A stretch of 64,000 nucleotides of DNA, taken from contig JANRIL010000042.1 in the NCBI GenBank assembly GCA_033764955.1, forward strand, positions 96,001 through 160,000. The letters run 5' to 3'. Positions 59,780-64,000 of this stretch are shown here, piece after piece; position 1 is the first letter of the stretch; the number at the start of each line of letters is the position of its first letter. Under the pieces are notes generated by a model. It saw nothing but the letters and a program-made list of their open reading frames with translations. It made no database searches and was not told the DNA's origin. The position numbers and the translations under genes are program-made. Source of the DNA: Cyanobacteriota bacterium (GTDB taxonomy: Bacteria > Cyanobacteriota > Cyanobacteriia > Thermostichales > Thermostichaceae).

Positions 59780-60925
59780 TTAGGTTTGCTCAGCAGGGTG
59801 CTCAGGGTTAGCCTCGGCCTCTTCTGGACTGAGTCTTGGGGGGTGCTGGGTCTTGTCTGGGGGGAGATCAGAGGGACTCAACTGCAAAACCACTGAGCCT
59901 TCCGCCAGAGTAGGGGATCCCTGCCAAGGATCCAACACATCATGAATCAACACCTCTTGAATCCAGACCTGAGCCACCGCTGCCAAAGGAACGGCCAAAA
60001 ACAGACCCAACACCCCAAAAAAGGTTGCCGACAACACCTGCGCCAGCAGCGTAAATCCGGGTAGTAGGGCCACCTGCCGCGACATGATAATCGGGGTTAA
60101 GACAATACTTTCTACCTGCTGAATGGTGATGTAGAGGATCAGCACGGCAATCGGTTTCCAGGCAGAATCGGTGAGGGCTACCGTCAGGGGGGCGACTACG
60201 CTCAAGGTGGGACCGATATTGGGAATAAAGTTGAATACCCCCGCTAGCACCGCATTAGCTAACACTAAGGGCACTCCCAAAATAGCCAGCCCAACCCCAC
60301 TCAGGCACATGACTAAGGTACTGGTCAAGAGGATCCCTAACAGCCATCCCCGCAAAGAGACCTCGCAGCGCTGCAAAATGTGGCGGATACGGGGGCGATA
60401 AAAAGCAGGAAACAATCGGATAAAGGCATTGATATAAGAGTCGGGATCTACCAGCAACAGCACGGTTAAAATCACCACCAAAAATAAATTGATAAATACA
60501 TTGAGGGAGGAGGAGAAAAAAGAGAGGGAGCGGCTGATTAGTTGAGACGTTTGGGGAATGAGGGTATTAAACAGCTCTTGAACACTCGGCAACTCAAAAT
60601 CGGTGGGCAGGTTAGCTAATAAACCCTCCGCCAGTCGCTGGGCACGTCCGATCCCATCGGGCACCAGCGTAAACAACCGGCCAAACTGCTCCACAAGGGG
60701 AGGCAAAATGATGACACCCGCTAAAATGGCTGCTACCACTAGGGTTAAGGCCGTCATTGCTAAGGAAGGACCTCGACGAAAACCCAATCGTTGAGGCAGC
60801 AGGGAAAGCGTATCAACCGCTACGGCCAGCACAATCGCCCCAAACATCAACAACAAAATCTCGCGGATCTGCCAAAACAGATAGAGCAATCCCAGCAAGA
60901 CAATTAACAGCAGAGAGGGAGCCAT
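59780..60925 (-). CDS. AI-2E (PerM) family transporter
   Basis: LRGWL.G, FIPNIGP, QQVES..LTP.IM, G.LGLFLAVPL; start Met 60925 preferred. Confidence 0.88.
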   Translation of the reverse strand: MAPSLLLIVLLGLLYLFWQIREILLLMFGAIVLAVAVDTLSLLPQRLGFRRGPSLAMTALTLVVAAILAGVIILPPLVEQFGRLFTLVPDGIGRAQRLAEGLLANLPTDFELPSVQELFNTLIPQTSQLISRSLSFFSSSLNVFINLFLVVILTVLLLVDPDSYINAFIRLFPAFYRPRIRHILQRCEVSLRGWLLGILLTSTLVMCLSGVGLAILGVPLVLANAVLAGVFNFIPNIGPTLSVVAPLTVALTDSAWKPIAVLILYITIQQVESIVLTPIIMSRQVALLPGFTLLAQVLSATFFGVLGLFLAVPLAAVAQVWIQEVLIHDVLDPWQGSPTLAEGSVVLQLSPSDLPPDKTQHPPRLSPEEAEANPEHPAEQT

Positions 60926-61117
60926 AGGGGCAACAACCAATAGCGAAGAGGGCAGGCACAAAGCATCAACGGTTCGGATGTCGCCTATTTAGGTTGACCC
61001 TACTGGGAAAATTGAGCAGGTAAGACGACCTCAACGTTACGAACCTTATCACCTCTCTGAGGGGAGAAACTAGATCTGGTAGGGTTAGCTTTAGTTCTTC
61101 TCGCGGATGGTAAACCG

Positions 61118-61234
61118 ATGACTGCTGCCTACCTGCAACCCTATATGGTCTTAACAACCTGCTGGTTACTGCCTGCTGTCTCTATGGTCGCCCTTTTCCT
61201 TTGGATTGAGCGGGGCAGTCCCTCAGCCGACTAA
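61118..61234 (+). CDS. psaI: Photosystem I subunit VIII (not in ORF track)
   Basis: Hand translation MTAAYLQPYMVLTTCWLLPAVSMVALFLWIERGSPSAD. Confidence 0.85.
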   Translation: MTAAYLQPYMVLTTCWLLPAVSMVALFLWIERGSPSAD

Positions 61235-61294
61235 GGGATCCCGACAAACCGTTTTCAGGCATCCTTGTTAAGCCTAATCAAAAAAAACACAATT

Positions 61295-61330
61295 AAAAAA
61301 GGCCGCTCCTTATTGAGAGTGGCCTTTTTT
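61295..61330. terminator. Bidirectional intrinsic terminator between psaI and psbJ
   Basis: A6-GGCCGCTC-loop-GAGTGGCC-T6. Confidence 0.85.
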
Positions 61331-61385
61331 TGAGATCCCTACGGTAATCTCAGGTGGTCGATTAAGGAGGGGCAGGGATCCGTTT

Positions 61386-61505
61386 TTACATCCCCGAACC
61401 CACACCCACATAGGAGCCATAGAAAAACAGGCCGACCACCGTCAATACTCCTAATCCAGCGACGACCGCCACAATCCACAACGGGATGCGTGCTTGACTC
61501 ACCAT
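61386..61505 (-). CDS. psbJ: Photosystem II protein J (not in ORF track)
   Basis: Hand translation [39 protein letters not shown]. Confidence 0.95.
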   Translation of the reverse strand: MVSQARIPLWIVAVVAGLGVLTVVGLFFYGSYVGVGSGM

Positions 61506-61722
61506 GATATTCAGTCTCCCAAAATGTGATGATGCGAAATTTAGATCAAACCAACCACTTTCAGCGAACCATGTCCACTAAGTCTACAAATGATTTTCCC
61601 GGACTTGTCCGGATTTATCCCATTATTTTTGAAGGTATTTTCTGAGTAGGGGAACGTTCCCCATCAACACCGTTGTCAGCCAGGGTGCCACTCAACTTTT
61701 GTCCTCTACTACTAGTTCAATG

Positions 61723-61848
61723 CTAGTTCAAAAAGTAGCTGGAAAACAAAAGTCCAGTCACAAATATCAGCAGTAAACCGAGGAACAAAGACGTCCGGTT
61801 TAGCTCAACGGGTTGGGAATTTGGATTTTTTTGAGGTTGATCAGCCAT
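61723..61848 (-). CDS. psbL: Photosystem II protein L (not in ORF track)
   Basis: Hand translation [41 protein letters not shown]. Confidence 0.95.
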   Translation of the reverse strand: MADQPQKNPNSQPVELNRTSLFLGLLLIFVTGLLFSSYFLN

Positions 61849-61854
61849 GAAAAG

Positions 61855-61992
61855 TTACCGTTGGAGAAATTGCATAGCGGCGATGGATCCCAAGAAGAAA
61901 ACCGTCGGGATACCTAGGGTGTGAACAGCTAGCCAGCGCACCGTAAACACGGGATAAAAAACTGGCTCGTCGTTGGAAGAAGAACTTTGCAT
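61855..61992 (-). CDS. psbF: Cytochrome b559 beta subunit
   Basis: [12 protein letters not shown]...AMQF; ATG 61992. Confidence 0.96.
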   Translation of the reverse strand: MQSSSSNDEPVFYPVFTVRWLAVHTLGIPTVFFLGSIAAMQFLQR

Positions 61993-62092
61993 AGGTTGGG
62001 AATTTTTCAGTTCAGATGGATAAAACAAGATCAAACCAATTGACAAACATCACAGGCAACCCGGCTAGGGATCCCTAAAGGTGGGTTCTATC

Positions 62093-62338
62093 CTAGGGTG
62101 CAAGTTTTTCTAGTTCGCTAGCGGCATCATAGCGATCCTGCAAAATCGGTAATTCTTGCCGATCTGCCGCAAAATACTCACTGGGTCGGGGAGTGCCAAA
62201 GACATCGTAGGCGAGTCCTGTACTCACAAACAACCAGCCTGCTAAAAATAAAGCAGGAATAGTTAGGGAATGAATGACCCAATAGCGAACACTCGTAATA
62301 ATGTCGGCAAAAGGGCGTTCCCCCGTATTTCCAGACAT
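62093..62338 (-). CDS. psbE: Cytochrome b559 alpha subunit
   Basis: [19 protein letters not shown]...[12 protein letters not shown]. Confidence 0.97.
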   Translation of the reverse strand: MSGNTGERPFADIITSVRYWVIHSLTIPALFLAGWLFVSTGLAYDVFGTPRPSEYFAADRQELPILQDRYDAASELEKLAP

Positions 62339-62615
62339 CGAAGCTCCTCCAAAAACTGGAACAGGTTAATGTTTCAACCATATTATGATAGCGATTGGTC
62401 ACTCCCACCACAAAAATCTGAGAATCTCCTCTTCTTTGTAAAGTTTCGTTGCGATTCTTGCCGCTCTTCTTGATAACCTCCCTTCTGGAGAAAATGGGTT
62501 TGCGGGCAAACCGGAAGAGTTACGGCTTAGCGTAGGCAGTCCCTGTCTTTTCCCTCTTGAAGTGGGCAACTGGCGATGGGATAAGCTGACAGCAAAGGCT
62601 CGTTATGGTTTTGTT

Positions 62616-64000
62616 ATGGGTTGTTTTTCCTCGGCGCGGCTGTGGTTGATAGTGGTTTCGGCGGGGTTAGTTGGCCTGACCTCCTCCCCAGCTTTCTCCC
62701 AAACGGCGATGCCATCCTCCACGCCAATCGGCAATGCCACCCCTTCTGGGGATATCTCCTGGACACAAGCCTATGCCACCGCTCTCGAAACCCAAACGGA
62801 CTTAGTGGTCAACGGAGAACCCCTCAGCAATACCCTAACCCGCATTGAGCTGGCGGGTTGGCTAGCGGAATTTTTTGGCTATATTCCGGATCGCACTCAG
62901 GCTCAGCCCATCCGTGACATCGAAGCCGACACCCCTGACTATTGGACAGCCCAAGCCCTCTTGCAGTCGGGAGTGATGCGTTTGTATGACGGATCCGAAT
63001 TTCGTCCGTTGGGTAACATCACCAAGCTAGAAGCCCTTGCCATCATGGTGCGGGCGCTCCAGGTGGCTCCCCCCGATGCCCCCGTGATCGATGACTGGCT
63101 GGCTCAATATCAAGATGCTGGGGAAGTGCCGGAGGTGGGACGAGCCTTTGTCGCCATGGCTGGGCAGGCAGGTTTGATTTTGAATGTGCCGGATCCCCAG
63201 AAGCTCTCCCCCAATTTGGTGTTGCGGCGGGGAGAAGGTGCCGCTTTGCTGCATCAAACCTTGGTGGCCAGAGGGCTGTTGACACCGCTCTCTCCTCCGG
63301 TGGCACAGCTAGTGCCCGCTTCTGCCCCCATCGCCGCCACCACCCCGACCACCGGGATCCCTAATACCTCCCCTGAGTCCGGCAAACCAGAGATTTTGGC
63401 GACGCGGCTAACTCCTGAAACTGGCACGATTCCGGCAGGGGGATCCCTGACTATCGAAATGCAAGGCACGGCCAACGGGGAAGCCATTGCCGATATCAAC
63501 GGCACGGTTCAAGGCATCCTGATGACGGAGGTTAGTCCTGGGTTCTACCGCGCCACCTACAGCCCTACGTTGGATGACGCTTACCCCAGCCCCGATATTG
63601 GTATTCAACTGACGGTGAATGGGGCAAGCACCCGTGTCCAGCAGCGCCAGCCGCAATTGGTGATTGGCAATGCCGCTCCTCCGCCTGTCAATACGGCAGT
63701 CTTTCCCAACGGAAACGGAGTTGCTACACCGATTCCACCGGCAACACCCCCCTTGGGATCCGTCTCTCCACCCCTGCCGCTTGCCGCCAACACCCCTCCC
63801 TTGTTTAACGGCATTCAGATTCAACCCCAGCAAAATTTGCAGGAAGGCGATATCCTCACCGTCAGTGTTTGGGGAGTTAGTGGAGGTATCGCGCAGTTTA
63901 GCGTGGGAAATTTTGCTTCAACCCAACCGATGCGGGAAATCAAGCCCAATGTGTATCAGGGAACCTATGTCGTAGCCCCCAGTGACCGAGCCGTCAATCC
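62616..64000 (+). CDS. Secreted S-layer homology (SLH) domain protein, runs off window end (not in ORF track)
   Basis: Hand translation MGCFSSARLWLIVVSAGLVGLTSSPAFSQ (signal peptide)...LTRIELA...FRPLGNITKLEALAIMVRAL...LRRGEGAALL. Confidence 0.8.
   Translation, partial: MGCFSSARLWLIVVSAGLVGLTSSPAFSQTAMPSSTPIGNATPSGDISWTQAYATALETQTDLVVNGEPLSNTLTRIELAGWLAEFFGYIPDRTQAQPIRDIEADTPDYWTAQALLQSGVMRLYDGSEFRPLGNITKLEALAIMVRALQVAPPDAPVIDDWLAQYQDAGEVPEVGRAFVAMAGQAGLILNVPDPQKLSPNLVLRRGEGAALLHQTLVARGLLTPLSPPVAQLVPASAPIAATTPTTGIPNTSPESGKPEILATRLTPETGTIPAGGSLTIEMQGTANGEAIADINGTVQGILMTEVSPGFYRATYSPTLDDAYPSPDIGIQLTVNGASTRVQQRQPQLVIGNAAPPPVNTAVFPNGNGVATPIPPATPPLGSVSPPLPLAANTPPLFNGIQIQPQQNLQEGDILTVSVWGVSGGIAQFSVGNFASTQPMREIKPNVYQGTYVVAPSDRAVN

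Larger units (their letters stand above)
1..64000. repeat. Highly iterated palindrome GGGATCCC dispersed through the window
   Basis: Very frequent GGGATCCC in coding and intergenic DNA (e.g. near 600, 3652, 4838, 6112, 12892, 56541, 56562). Confidence 0.9.

Noticed and set aside
62500..62545. GGGCAAACC resembling a c-di-GMP-I riboswitch
   Set aside because: No matching P2 stem, GAAA tetraloop or CGCAAA junction
1..64000. CRISPR array, tRNA or rRNA genes
   Set aside because: No regularly spaced direct repeats or RNA-gene signatures recognised by eye

Overview
Cyanobacterial chromosome segment (psbEFLJ, psaI, chlP, ndhL, men genes). It is very rich in the palindrome GGGATCCC instead of canonical HIP1 GCGATCGC, which suggests a hot-spring Thermostichus/Synechococcus OS-type lineage (inference). 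The first ~31 kb is dense in signalling genes: a GGDEF-EAL protein, a phototaxis-type chemosensory operon (two PatA-type regulators, CheY, CheW, a soluble cyanobacteriochrome MCP, CheA, CheW), a DXCF cyanobacteriochrome kinase, and a partner-switching cassette. The cassette has a membrane PP2C phosphatase, a decayed second phosphatase, an anti-sigma-kinase-like protein and a STAS-like protein. Its two apparent outputs, a histidine kinase and a diguanylate cyclase, share the same N-terminal 'PLKK...coiled coil...HGD' module, with the HGD motif in three copies in the kinase and one in the cyclase. This cassette is the best candidate for an under-described system. The rest is housekeeping (mreB, rpmI-rplT, purL, men cluster, aas, chlP, PSI/PSII small subunits) plus an accessory uptake/catabolic operon. 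That operon is interrupted by a TnpA-less IS200/IS605 TnpB element whose ends can be read directly (TCAT|...TCAA) and which inserted into a stop codon. All calls come from motif recognition by eye; no database searches were run.
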